From the NCBI GenBank assembly GCA_965240325.2, contig OZ251222.1:1550001-1614000 (forward strand): a DNA stretch of 64,000 bases, read 5' to 3'. Made by a program: the position numbers and the translations under genes. This DNA comes from Rebecca billardiae RCC1528. Taxonomy: Eukaryota; Protista; Haptophyta. Below, piece after piece: positions 38,101 to 48,290 of this stretch (position 1 is its first letter; each line of letters starts with the position of its first letter). Under the pieces are notes generated by a model, which saw only the letters and a program-made list of their open reading frames with translations, had not been told where the DNA came from and made no database searches.

Positions 38101-38370
38101 GCTGCTCCGCAGCAGCCGGCGCGCGCGCAAGCAGAGCAGGAGCCGCAAGCACCTCCGTCGCGTCCTGTGTCCCTGCTCGAGTCTGTGCAGATCGGGATAG
38201 CTGGCACGATCGCCTCGCTCACCGGCCGCAGCACGCCCACTCCACCGGCGGACACGAGCAGCGCGGTTGGAGCCTCCGGTGGCGCCCAGGCGACGACCGG
38301 CACGCAGTACCGCCAACCATACGCCAGCGGCGACGCGGCAGGCCGCCAAGGGGCGGAGGAGCGCGTGTGA
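5119..38370 (+). CDS. Giant (~9,800-10,000 aa) single-pass cell-surface protein: LRR blocks, Ser-Pro(n) linkers, RTX-like Gly/Asp modules, Cys-rich GCTD repeats, TM, cytoplasmic tail
   Basis: Hand-spliced with GT..AG introns that keep the frame. Optional exon 5119-5433 joins 5639 in frame; alternative start ATG 5798 (MIMALAPAATAQ). Exon ends 5931; micro-exons 6068-6133, 6257-6328, 6441-6515, 6633-6704, 6823-6894, 6996-7070, 7214-7285, 7396-7467; exon 7578-17080; five repeats of a three-intron unit (first: exons 17215-17478, 17592-17645, then 17749 onward); exons 29494-36893, 37013-37093 (TM VSMVAAMALCCCCILSAILILCL-RRRK) and 37270-38370 (stop). Confidence 0.8.
5830..14110 (+). repeat. Five capped plant-type LRR blocks (LxxLxLxxNxLxGxxPxELG, 24 aa) separated by SPPP linkers
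   Basis: Each block opens with L(R/K)..(Y/T)(P)EC....F....C and closes with PTE.L.LT.L..G.F.YDG.T..C.DGGC.CA. Blocks at ~5830-9950, 10270-11590, 11810-12475, 12740-13400 and 13660-14110; blocks 3 and 4 are near-identical. Confidence 0.92.
15055..29605 (+). repeat. Five tandem ~2.8-kb RTX-like (GxGxD) modules, each including three introns
   Basis: Units start with WVSRGGPATPYND at 15055, 17904, 21164, 24006 and 26821 and end WDVDPFDIVITP. Internal ~32-aa repeats of the form VxxGxGDDxIxVGxxG. Confidence 0.95.
29605..31700 (+). repeat. ~700-residue Ser-Pro(3-6) extensin-like tract
   Basis: Continuous CCN/TCN/AGC codons translating as (SPPP)n. Confidence 0.95.
31700..36590 (+). repeat. About 50 Cys-rich GCTDPxAxNYDxxAxxDDGSC repeats in two arrays around a unique ~300-aa domain (~33660-34550)
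   Basis: Repeat consensus is visible throughout the translation of 29244..37016; the count is approximate. Confidence 0.92.
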
Positions 38371-38614
38371 TGATTGCGTCGCGTGGCCGTCAGTCACGCC
38401 ACAGCTAGCTTTGCCACTTATTTGGCCCGCGCCCCCGCCTATGTAGCAGCAGTCGTCTCACGGCAGTTTATTCGTCTTAACATGACAGTCATCATCGTCG
38501 TCAGCACATCATATTGATGCCTGCGATTGCGCGCGCCTGCTGATGCTGATCACCTGATGACGACACTGCCGAGCCTCTCGTCCTCACTGCCAAGTGCCAG
38601 ACTCACGGTGGCAC

Positions 38615-41600
38615 TCACCAGAGCGAGTGGAGCGCCGCGCTGCGGATCAGCTCGGTGACATCGCGCCGCGTGATGATGCCGACCACCGCGTTCTGCGAGT
38701 CCACCACCGTGAGGTGGCGCAGCCCGAGGTTGCGGAAGAACAGGTGCACGCGGCCGAGGTAGGTCGAGTGGTGGATCGTCGTCGCGCTCACGTTCATGTA
38801 GGGCGTGAGGTCGAGCCACTGCTCGCACTCGTCGTCGCTGAGCATGATGTCTTCCACCGCCAGCTCGACGTTGAAGTGCTTGGCAAATGTCTGCCAGCCC
38901 AGCACAGGCTGCGGCAGATGCGGGCGCGCGGGGAGCGGGGCGGCAGTGGCGGGGATGGGGCGCGCGGACTCAGCGCGCGCGCCGGAGCGCGCGCACGCGC
39001 GCGCGCTCGGGGGCAGCGACGCTGCAGGCCGGCTGCCCCGCACGCACGCCGCGCGCGCTCGGCGTGGCCGCGCACCGGCTGGTCGTCTGCGCGCAGCTGC
39101 AGCTCGGTCTCGTGCTCCGTGGCGACGCGCCGGCGCGCTGGATTTCGCGCGTGCGAGCCCGCGGAGCCAGCGGACGTGACGCTCCCCGTGCGGCACAGCG
39201 GCGAGGGCGGCGCCGGCATTGCCCCGGCCGCCGTGCTGCCGCCCAGGCCGCTCGCGTCCGTCGCGCTGGGCGGCACCTCGCCGCCCGACTCGCCGTGCGG
39301 GTGCGCCGGGTCCGAGTCGGCGCTGACCGACGACTCGTACCGATCGATCTCGTCACCGTCCACGGAGGCGAAAGCCGCCGCCTCGCTGGCCGCCGAGCTC
39401 GCGGACAGCAGCTTGGAGCGGAGCACCTTGCGCGGCTCCTCTGCGAGGGGCGGCGGCGGCGGCGGCGGCGTCGGCGCGTCGAGCGAGGTGATGCTGTCTG
39501 CGCGGACACCGCCGCCCACGTCCGTCATCACGCCGTCGGCCGGCGCGGTGTGCGGCAGGCCGCCGCGCGTGGGCAGCTGGTCCGCGTCGCGCGCGCCGCG
39601 CTTGGCGGGGCGCTCGCCGCGCACGGCCGCGAAGCGCTTCGTCTTGAGCAAGATGAGCAGCTGCTGCCGCAGGATGAGACCGGAAAACTTGCGTCCGGGC
39701 TCGCCCGCGATGGCGTACGTGACGGGGAAGCCGTTGTGCGGCGAGTTGCGCAGCGCCTGCAGCACGCGGCGCACGCGCACCACCTCGGGGAAGCACATGA
39801 CCGGCGCGGTCGCCACGTCGGACGCGCGCAGGTAGCGGAGCGGGTCGGGCATCTCGTCGTACAGGAAGCAGATGCCCTGCAGCGCGATGTGCTCGTCGTA
39901 GAGGCCGCCGTTGAAGAGGTCGCCGACGTGCTTGGAGACGAGGATCGCGATGGCGACCGGGATGGCGTAGTTGATGTTCGACGTCGTCTGCGCGGCGCGC
40001 GAGCGGCGGCGCGGCGGCGCGCGGGCGGCCGACGGCGCGTGAGCGGCCGACGGCGCGCGCCGCCGCCGGGCGCGCGCGGCGGCAGACGCTGCGCGCGGCG
40101 CGCCGCGCGCGCGCGCGCGCCTGCCGCCGCGCCGGCGGGCGGGGCTGGGCGCATGGCACGCACCTCGATCACGATCACCACCGCCGAGATGGTCACGCGC
40201 GTCACGCCCGCGAGGAACGACGCCGCGCCGACGAGCGCCATCGCGCCCGGGTCGACCGAGTCGTCGCCGAGCAGCAGCGCGAGGATCTGGCCGACCAGTC
40301 GGCCGCCAAACGCGCCGACCAGGATGGCTGGCACGAACAGGCCGGAGGGGATGGAGATGCCGTAGGTGATGAGCGCGGTGAAGAAGTAGAGCGCGCAGCC
40401 GCCGCACAGCCCCGAGAGCGGCAGCCAGCCCGGCGCGTGGAACAGCGTCTTCACCGCCTCGTCCAGCTGCTCGAGCGTGAGCGAGCCCAGAATGCTCACC
40501 TCGCCCTCGGGGCAGTTGAGCCGCAGCCGCAGGCCGTCCGACTCGCGCGACTCGAAGGGCATGCCCGCCGACTCGACGCAGGGCCAGAGGTACGGCGCGT
40601 AGAAGAGGAGCGTCGAGGTGAGCGCCGACACCGCGAGCGCGTCGAACAGCTTCGCCCACCGGCTCGACACGCGCGCCATCCGCCACTTGGTCAGGATCAC
40701 GTTGGTGCCGTTGAACGCCGCGCCCGCCAGCCCGCCGAGCACGCCGAGCAGGATGAACGCGGGCAGCTCGTACAGCCCCCACGGCTTCTCGTCGGCGTAC
40801 GTGACCGGCTTGGACGCGCCCTCGAACGAGCCGAACGACACGAGCGCCGACTGCGAGAGGTTCCCCCAGTCCGACGTGCGCAGCGAGGCGGCCGCGGAGA
40901 CGGCGACCGCGGTGACGCACGCGCCAAAGAAGGCGGCCGAGGTGAGCGCCACGTGCCAGTGCTGCACCGTCGCGGCCTCCTCGAGGACGAAGAGCACGCC
41001 GCCGATCGGCGCGGCGAAGGCGCCGGCGACGCCGCACGCGCAGCCGATCGAGACGAAGTCGCGCTCCACGCTCGTCGTCCACAGCCCGTACAGCGAGCTG
41101 TGCGCCGGCAGCCAGCGGCCGAGCGCGGCCGGCAGCATCGAGCCAAAGATGGCGCCCGAGTGGATCATCGGACCCTCCTTGCCCACGTTGAGGTTGGCGC
41201 ACACGCCGAAGACGAGCCCGGCCATCTTGGAGATGAGCGTGCGCGACGAGATCACGTTCGGGATCCGCCGGCCGTTCAGGTACGACTTCACCTCCGGGAT
41301 GCCCGAGCCCTTGGCGCGCTGCTCGACCCACACGACCATGCCGCACGCGCCCGCGACGAGCGCGAGGTTCAGGCTGAGCAGCGTCAGCCAGCCGCGGATG
41401 CCGTGCGGGTCGTCCTCGGCGGCGCGCTCGACGAGCGCGAGCTTGTGCGAGAAGATGAACTCGATCGAGCGCGAGAGCACCGTCGCGATCACCGCCGTGC
41501 ACGCGGCGATCGCGACGGTGAGCAGCAGCATCAGCGCGGCGGGCGGGCGGCTCTCGGCGCCGCCCCACGCGAGCGCGCGCTCCGACACCTCGTTCTCGAT

Positions 41601-43121
41601 CTCGTCAAAGTCGATGCCCGCGTCGGGCTCGGCTCGGCCGCTCGGCGCGTGCTCGCCGTCGCCCTCCTGCCACCAGTGGTTGTCGTACACGCCGAGCTCG
41701 CCGTCGTGCGGCTGCGAGCCCTGCGGGTGGTCGGTCCAGCCGCGCGGGCCAAGGGTGTGGTCGTGGTCGTGGTGGCGGTGGTGGCTCTCCTCGCCCACGC
41801 CGCCCGTGAGCGGGGTCGAGTCGAACTCGCTGGACGAGCCGTCGGGCTTGGGCAGGTGCAGCCCCGAGATGGTGTGCCCGCGCAGCAGCTTGCGCGCGGC
41901 CGGCAGCGTCGCCTTGTCCTTGTCCTTGATCGAGCGGCGCGGCAGCCGGCCGCCGCGCGGGACGACGGTCGGCCCGGGCATCGGGTTCTTCTGCGGGGCG
42001 CCGCCGTCGCTCTGGCTCGACGCCGGCTTGGTGCCGAAGCCCGAGCAGCACGCCATCATGCCGAGCGCCGACGGGCGGATCGACGCCCGCATCTTCGGGC
42101 CCGAGCCTCCGCCGCCGCCGCCGCCATGCGCGCCGCGGCCGCCGCCGCCCGACTCCTCGACCGCAGCGGAGGCGGAGAGCGCGGCCGTCGGCGTGAGCCC
42201 CCGGCGCCGGCCGTGCGCGCTGTGGCCGTGCGCGCTGTGGCCGCCGCCGACGACGGGCGTCGGGATCGGCTCTCCGCGCCCGACGAGGAAGGAGGTGGCC
42301 GCGTTGGGCGCGCGCTCGCACGAGAAGCGCTTGGGCTGCGTGCGCGGGCCCGTGGGCACCGGCCCAGACAGCGGCAGCATGGCCAGGTCCGGCTCGGAGG
42401 GCGGCGGCGAGGGCGTGCTCGAGGCGGCGGGCGCGCGCGAGTCCGCCTGCGGCGACCGCGCTCGCTCCACGCCGCCCGCCGCCGGCGGCCTGCCCTCTGC
42501 GGCCGGCGCGTGCTGCGGCTGTTGCGGCTCAGGCGACTGCTCCCCCGACGAGCCGTGACGGCGGCTCTCGTCGATGCTCATGATCGACTGTTGCGAGCCC
42601 CTGCGGTGCGTGGCACGGGGCGGGTCCGCCCGCCGAGGTGGGCTCGCTAGTGGCGGTATGATCAGCTCGTGCGCGCTCGCGCGCCGCCCCTTCGCGACGG
42701 CGATTGCCGCGGCGCGCCGCTCGGCCGTGGTGAAGCTGCCGCGGCGGCGCATGAGCATGCCCGAGCGGTCGGCGACGACGTCGCCCGGGTCGCACCCGGA
42801 CGGAGCCATCCGTCCTCTCGCCGCCACGAGCGCCGCCGCTCGTCGCTCGCTCGTCGTAAAGCTGCTCTGCCGGCGCGGCTGGCCCGGGGCCGTGCCATCG
42901 CGCGGGACCTCGATGCCCATGTCGCTCCGCCGGGCGTCGAGCCCAAAAGCGCGCGGGTCGGCTGCCGAGCCCACCGAGCTGATTCGGCTTCGGTTGCGCA
43001 TCTCGCGCAGCTGTTCTTCAATCTGTCGCGTGGCCTCCTCCGCCTCCGCAACCTCGCGCTCGGCTGCACTCAGCAACCCCTTCGGGCCGTCGCCCCGGGG
43101 GTCGTCCTCGTCGTTGGCCAT
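38615..43121 (-). CDS. CLC: CLC-family Cl-/H+ antiporter (CLC-6/7-like) with CBS domains
   Basis: Motifs GSGIPE, GKEGPMIH, GGVLFVLEE, IPSGLFVP, GLYD; CBS segments HNGFPV and LGLRHLTVVD..VGIITRRD. Exons 43121-40164, 39987-39076 and 38908-38615 with GT..AG introns. Confidence 0.92.
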
Positions 43122-43619
43122 CTCACCCACGAGAAGATGTCGGGCGAGAAGATGCGTCGAATGATCAGCAATCCACACCCCGCCCGAGACAGGGCTGGTC
43201 GTGAACCAGCACGATCCTCACCCACCAGTGGCACTGCGGTACAAGACGAAGACGACGAAGATTCGTCGTCAAAAAGTGGCGGCTAATCGGGATGAGATCC
43301 CAGGTAAACTCACGTCGTAATGGATCACTTCACGGGATCCTCCCTGATCAACAGGTGATATGGACCCTGTTCATGAGCGAGTACAGTTTTTCATATTGAA
43401 TAATTGAGCCACGCGGAGCTCGTCAACCAGCAGCTTACTACTCTTATAAGCTCAACTACCGCAGATCGCATCTCGTTCATTCGTACTTAGTCTCAAAGGC
43501 GGGTACTGTATGATAGAAACCACAGCCAACCGTCGTCGTCAGTCAAGTCGTCAGCCCAGCCGGAACAATTGTTTGCCGCCCTTCAGAACAAGGGCGCAAG
43601 GTCAACTGTTCAAAGAGCT

Positions 43620-44795
43620 CTAGGCCTCCGCCGCGGGCAGCAGCTCGACGAGGTACATTGTGGGCCACAGCTTGCCGCTGAGGTACAGCTCGCCGGTCGT
43701 GTCGTCATAGGCAATCCCGTTGAGGCACGCACCGCCTCGCCGCCCGAACTGGTTGAGCGCGGTGGCGTTCAGCCATGAGTGCATGCACCGGCTGCGCATG
43801 TCGTACACGCCGATCAGGTCCGAGAACCACACGTTGAAGAGGAGCAGGCCGTTGGGCAGCATCTCCAGCTCGTTCAGCAGGCGCAAGGCCCGCGGGCTGA
43901 TCGGTGCCGGCCGGCTCGCCACCGGCGAGCGCCGCGGCAGGGTCGACGACACCGAGCGCGCCGTGGTGTGGGCGGCGTGCGAGCGCGGCCTGCGCGCCAC
44001 CTCGGCATCGGCGGCGCGCGGCGCGGCGAGCAGGCGGTGGCCTGGCCTGCGAGATGCTGCCCGCGGGAGCATCGCGCTCGCGAGCGAGATGGTCTCCACA
44101 ACGCGCAGCGTGTCCGGATCCACCACGTACACGTTACTCGAGCCATCCGTCACGTACATGCGCGACTCGTCGTTGGTGATGCCCCAGCCCTCACGGCGCT
44201 CGAGCTGGTTGGCAAAGTCGGGCCTCTCCTCGAGCAGCTCGAGCGTGCGCGCGTCGTAGACGAGCATCGAGCCCTCCCGCCACGTGAGCTGGTACAGCTT
44301 GCCGCCCCAGTAGGTGACGCCCTCGCCAAAGTACCGCCTCGCCGGCCGCCGGAGCGTCACTCCCGGCAGGCTGCCGCGAGGTTCCTCGCCTGCGAGACGG
44401 TTCGCTCGCACAATCTCGCCTGTCTTCACGTCCACGACGCGCATGCTCGACCTGCCATACAGGCCGCTCGACTCGTAGAGCGTGCCCGCGTGGAAGGCGA
44501 AGCCTTGCAGGAACGACTCTCGGTCGTGCTTGATCCGCTTCACGACGCGAGTGCGCACTACTCGGGGGCGCGCCGGGCACACCGCGTTGCGCATGAGCAG
44601 CGGGTGCTTCTGCACGAGCACAGCTTCGAGCGCGGGGGGTGTCGAGAGCATCCGACCAGGTGGACTGGCTCGGGCGCCAGCAATCGAGCCGTGGAACGAC
44701 AGGAACGACAGCAAGCATGCCCCCACGATCACGAGGGCCACGCCGATTTTGATGAGCTCGCGGCGGAGCGAACGCTGCGCGGCAAGCGGCGCCAT
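43620..44795 (-). CDS. Glutaminyl-peptide cyclotransferase (plant/bacterial beta-propeller type) with N-terminal signal anchor
   Basis: HD..SFLQGF, LYESSGLYG.S, YFGEGVT, LYQLTWRE, EGWGIT, VTDGSS, LNELE, NVW, LNGIAYD. Confidence 0.9.
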   Translation of the reverse strand: MAPLAAQRSLRRELIKIGVALVIVGACLLSFLSFHGSIAGARASPPGRMLSTPPALEAVLVQKHPLLMRNAVCPARPRVVRTRVVKRIKHDRESFLQGFAFHAGTLYESSGLYGRSSMRVVDVKTGEIVRANRLAGEEPRGSLPGVTLRRPARRYFGEGVTYWGGKLYQLTWREGSMLVYDARTLELLEERPDFANQLERREGWGITNDESRMYVTDGSSNVYVVDPDTLRVVETISLASAMLPRAASRRPGHRLLAAPRAADAEVARRPRSHAAHTTARSVSSTLPRRSPVASRPAPISPRALRLLNELEMLPNGLLLFNVWFSDLIGVYDMRSRCMHSWLNATALNQFGRRGGACLNGIAYDDTTGELYLSGKLWPTMYLVELLPAAEA

Positions 44796-44945
44796 GCCGT
44801 GGAGAGGCAGCGTCCGGAATATGAGAAATCCCGGACTGTGTCACGGACGGTCGGCAATCGACGCAAAATAATCTCCAACCTTCTACACCTTCCCGCTCGC
44901 CAAGCGGGCGTGTTACGCGCATCCGCACGTGGCAGCGGTGACGCG
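44796..44945. promoter_or_regulatory. Putative bidirectional promoter (glutaminyl cyclase / Fpg)
   Basis: 150 bp between divergent start codons, locally AT-richer. Confidence 0.55.
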
Positions 44946-46274
44946 ATGCCCGAGCTCCCTGAGGTTGAGGCGCAGCGCCGGATGCTCGAACGGCTGTGCG
45001 TTGGCCGGACGATCGACGCAGTCGTGTGCCACGAGCAAGGTGGGGGCCCCCGTGACGGGCTTTTCGACGACAAGGTCATCGCCGAGGGCGTGGATGCGGA
45101 CGCGCTTGCAAAGGCCATCCGCGGAAAGATGCTGCGTGCCGCCCATCGGCGCGGCAAGCAGCTATGGCTCGAGCTGTGCGACACGCCAGCAGCATCCTCC
45201 AAACAGCCTGCGAGCTTGCTCATCCACCTCGGCATGACGGGCGCGCTTGTCGCCTCAGATGGCACGACGGAGGACGCGCCCAAGTACAAGCGCTTCGCCG
45301 TGGACACCGACTCGTGGCCGCCCAGATTCTGCAAGCTCGAGCTCAAGCTCGGCGGTGGTGGTCAGCAGAGCAGTGCGCGCCCGATCTCGCTCGTCTACGT
45401 GGACAGCCGTCGCTTCGGCCGGATCCTCCTGCGTGGGCCCGACCCGACGGTTGCGCCTCCCATCTCCGCGCTCGCGCCCGATCCGCTCACGTCGATGCCT
45501 CCGCTCGACGACTTTGCGGCGATGCTCGCAAAGACCGCAGTGGCCGTCAAGGCCGCGCTGCTGGACCAAGGCCGCGTCGTGTGCGGCGTCGGCAACTGGA
45601 TGGCCGATGAGGTCCTCTACCAGTCCAAAATCCTGCCCGCAGCCCCGTGCAACGCCCTCGGCGAGCACCAGGTGCGAGCGCTGCATGCGGCCATCGTGAG
45701 CGTGTGCGCGGTCGCCTGTGACGCGGACGCCGACAGCGAGCGCTTCCCGACGACGTGGCTCTTTCACCACCGGTGGGCGAACCAGACGAGCGGCTCGATG
45801 TCGTCGCCGCTCGGCCGAATCCACTTCGACACGGTGGGCGGGAGGACCTCCGCGTTCATCCCCGCGGTGCAGAAGGGGCCATCCGCGGCCGACAAGCTGG
45901 CCGTGCGCGCATCCTCTGCGGCCAAGCCGAGCCCTGCTCCCGATGCGAGCGACGTTCTGGCAGCGAGGCGCGGCCGGAAGCGCTCTGCCGAGCCGAGCGC
46001 GCCCAAGAGCGGGAGCAAACGCTCGCGCGGCGCCGCAGATTCAGTGAGCACAGCTGCGCCTGCTCCCAAGAAGAGCAGCGGCAGTCGGACAAACTCGACA
46101 AAGGCCGCACCAAGCGCGGCTGCGCAGCCAGCAGCGGCGCGAAGGCCCTCCAGGCGGACGTCAGCAACGCTGCCGTCGCAGGCGGATGCCCCCTCTTCCA
46201 AAGGCATTAAGCAAGCAGTGCCCCAGCCGCGGGCTCGACGCGTTCCAAGTCCACGCCCACGATTGGCACGGTGA
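44946..46274 (+). CDS. mutM: Formamidopyrimidine-DNA glycosylase (Fpg/MutM, plant/fungal zincless type) with basic C-terminal tail
   Basis: N-terminal MPELPEVE, RRGKQLW, HLGMTG, DSRRFGRI, H2TH motif KAALLDQ..GVGNWMADEVLY, GGRTSAF; no Cys4 finger; RRGRKR NLS-like motif. Confidence 0.95.
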   Translation: MPELPEVEAQRRMLERLCVGRTIDAVVCHEQGGGPRDGLFDDKVIAEGVDADALAKAIRGKMLRAAHRRGKQLWLELCDTPAASSKQPASLLIHLGMTGALVASDGTTEDAPKYKRFAVDTDSWPPRFCKLELKLGGGGQQSSARPISLVYVDSRRFGRILLRGPDPTVAPPISALAPDPLTSMPPLDDFAAMLAKTAVAVKAALLDQGRVVCGVGNWMADEVLYQSKILPAAPCNALGEHQVRALHAAIVSVCAVACDADADSERFPTTWLFHHRWANQTSGSMSSPLGRIHFDTVGGRTSAFIPAVQKGPSAADKLAVRASSAAKPSPAPDASDVLAARRGRKRSAEPSAPKSGSKRSRGAADSVSTAAPAPKKSSGSRTNSTKAAPSAAAQPAAARRPSRRTSATLPSQADAPSSKGIKQAVPQPRARRVPSPRPRLAR

Positions 46275-46539
46275 CGGGCAATCGCCAGGCGCAACTTCGG
46301 TCAGTCCGGGTAATTGATCTTCGGAGCAGCTGCTGCTACTGCGCCCATGTATACAGCATTCGTGCTATCCTACGACTAGAAGATAGCTAGCTATAGCTAC
46401 CAGTCCGGCCGAGAATGAAGTCGGTATAGTATTTTGTCGTATTAAGTATATAAATACGACGACCGTATTATCATACGACCGTTTCCGCCGCGCGTCGTAT
46501 TGAGTCTGAGACGTATTGTCATCATTACATCATTAAATA

Positions 46540-47827
46540 ATGACCGCGTTCCGCGGTCCTTTTCTGCATAGAATCAACGCAGTTGGGGGCCCGCGGTGGC
46601 CGTGCAATCGCGGCTCTCCGCCGTAGTGGCAGTTCGCCAGTTGAAGTCGGTTCTGAGATGACTGAAGCTATATTAGTCCGACCGTCGCCCTGCCTGCGCG
46701 ACCGCGAGACTCATTCACACTTCACACAATCACAGCAGCGGACCTGAGACCGCACCCGGCACCGGTCGTCAAATCGGACGTCCGTCTGACAACTAGCTGC
46801 CAAATGTCCAACTGGCTGATCAGCTCGGATCCGACCCGTCCGCGATCGTGCCATCGGCATCGGAATTACTACTAGTAGCTGCCAAACTGTGTCCAACTCT
46901 GGCTGATCAGCTCGGATCCGACCCGTCCGCGATCGTGCCGAGTGAGTCGTGCCGCGGAGCTCGGAGTACTGAAGGAGTCGGGTGTGACAGCAGGGTGCTT
47001 TAGCGCTGCGGCCCGTGCCAGCCAACGACCAGACGTACTCTGGCCACTTGACCCGTTGCACGGGTGAGTGACCGTACGCCCTGCCTAGTGCCTACCGCGC
47101 GCGCCGCGCGACCGGCGACTCGGGGTGATGGAGAGCGGATGGCGACAGCAGCAGCAGTCCTCATGAAGACGATGAAACTGGCGGCACGGGTGCACGAGGT
47201 GGCAGGCGAAAGCGCGCCGACGAGACCGCATTTGACACACCTGAGCCGCACGCGCGTGCCGTCGCCGAGCGCCGAGCGCTGCAAACGCGCAACCGTACCG
47301 CGCGCGCCACGACGGCGCGGCACTAGCTGATGCAGGCCGTACTGCCGGCACTGCTTCTGCGATCATGCGCCACGGTCGCAGCTGACTGCGTGAGCAGCAA
47401 GCGGGAGGCGGGTCCGGAGGCACGTGCAGGCGCCGTCCCGCATATCCGCCATCGCCCATCGTGCCGGGGCACGTCACCTCCGACGATCCGGATGTGGCCC
47501 AGTCCGGACGTCACGCGATCCGGGAAGACGAGTACGATTCGCTCGTAACGAACCGTTACACTAATGTCACGTCCAGCTGACGTCCAGATCGCACTTTACT
47601 TAAGGGAATCAGCTGGGCGCGGTTTTTTTTGGCCTGATAGACCTCTCAATGCGATCTCAAAAACTCGAAACTCGGTCTCCGCCAGCCCTAAATAAAAATC
47701 GCCCCCCGTCCCTTTTTTTCCGCCGCCCCCCGTCCCTTTTTTCTTGATCAAAGATCTTTTTGAAACGTGGTTCGGGCCCGCTGGTGCGGGCTCCACGCTG
47801 CGCGCTCCGCCCTGCACCGCGGGCCAT
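46540..47827 (-). mobile_element. Non-autonomous Helentron/Helitron2-like element copy 2
   Basis: Asymmetric inverted repeats GGCCCGCGGTG (46588-46598) / CACCGCGGGCC (47815-47825). Terminal hairpin GACCGCG-TTC-CGCGGTC (46542-46558). Partial inverted copy of the terminal repeat near 47775-47787. Internal ~70-bp duplication (~46790-46940). Both ends are shared with 59821-61758. Confidence 0.7.
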
Positions 47828-48290
47828 GATCATGATATCATTATACGACTACAGCTAGTAAGTCACTACGGCTGGCACAGTGTAGCACTGGCTGCCGTAG
47901 CGCCCGTCAGCGGAACACGTACGTATGATACGCTGCGTGTGTCCGCCGGTATGTTATATTCTCATCAATTCTGGGCATTCATCACTTTTGACAGTGGCGC
48001 GTCACCCGTGACCGTGTCCGTGTCTCCGATGAGTCCGACTCCGCGCACGGGTGCCAGCAGTAGTGAGTAGGCTCACGGTCACGGGCCCGCGCATACCTTG
48101 TCTGCGCCACTAGCATGCCCGATGGCCGATGGCATCGCCGGCCGCCAATGCGCCACTGATCGACTCAGACTGCATGAGAGCTGCTGCTGATCTCACTGCG
48201 GACGACGTTGTCGACGGTGACGGGTGAGCGTTCCGGAATCCGGGCAGGGCCGTGACCCGTGAGGCGTGACTGGCGCCCACACGCGCCTCG

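Noticed and set aside
43779-44945. N-terminal extension of the 831-aa ORF upstream of Fpg
   Set aside because: It is antisense to the glutaminyl cyclase gene, and Fpg needs its catalytic Pro at the N-terminus (MPELPEVE at 44946).
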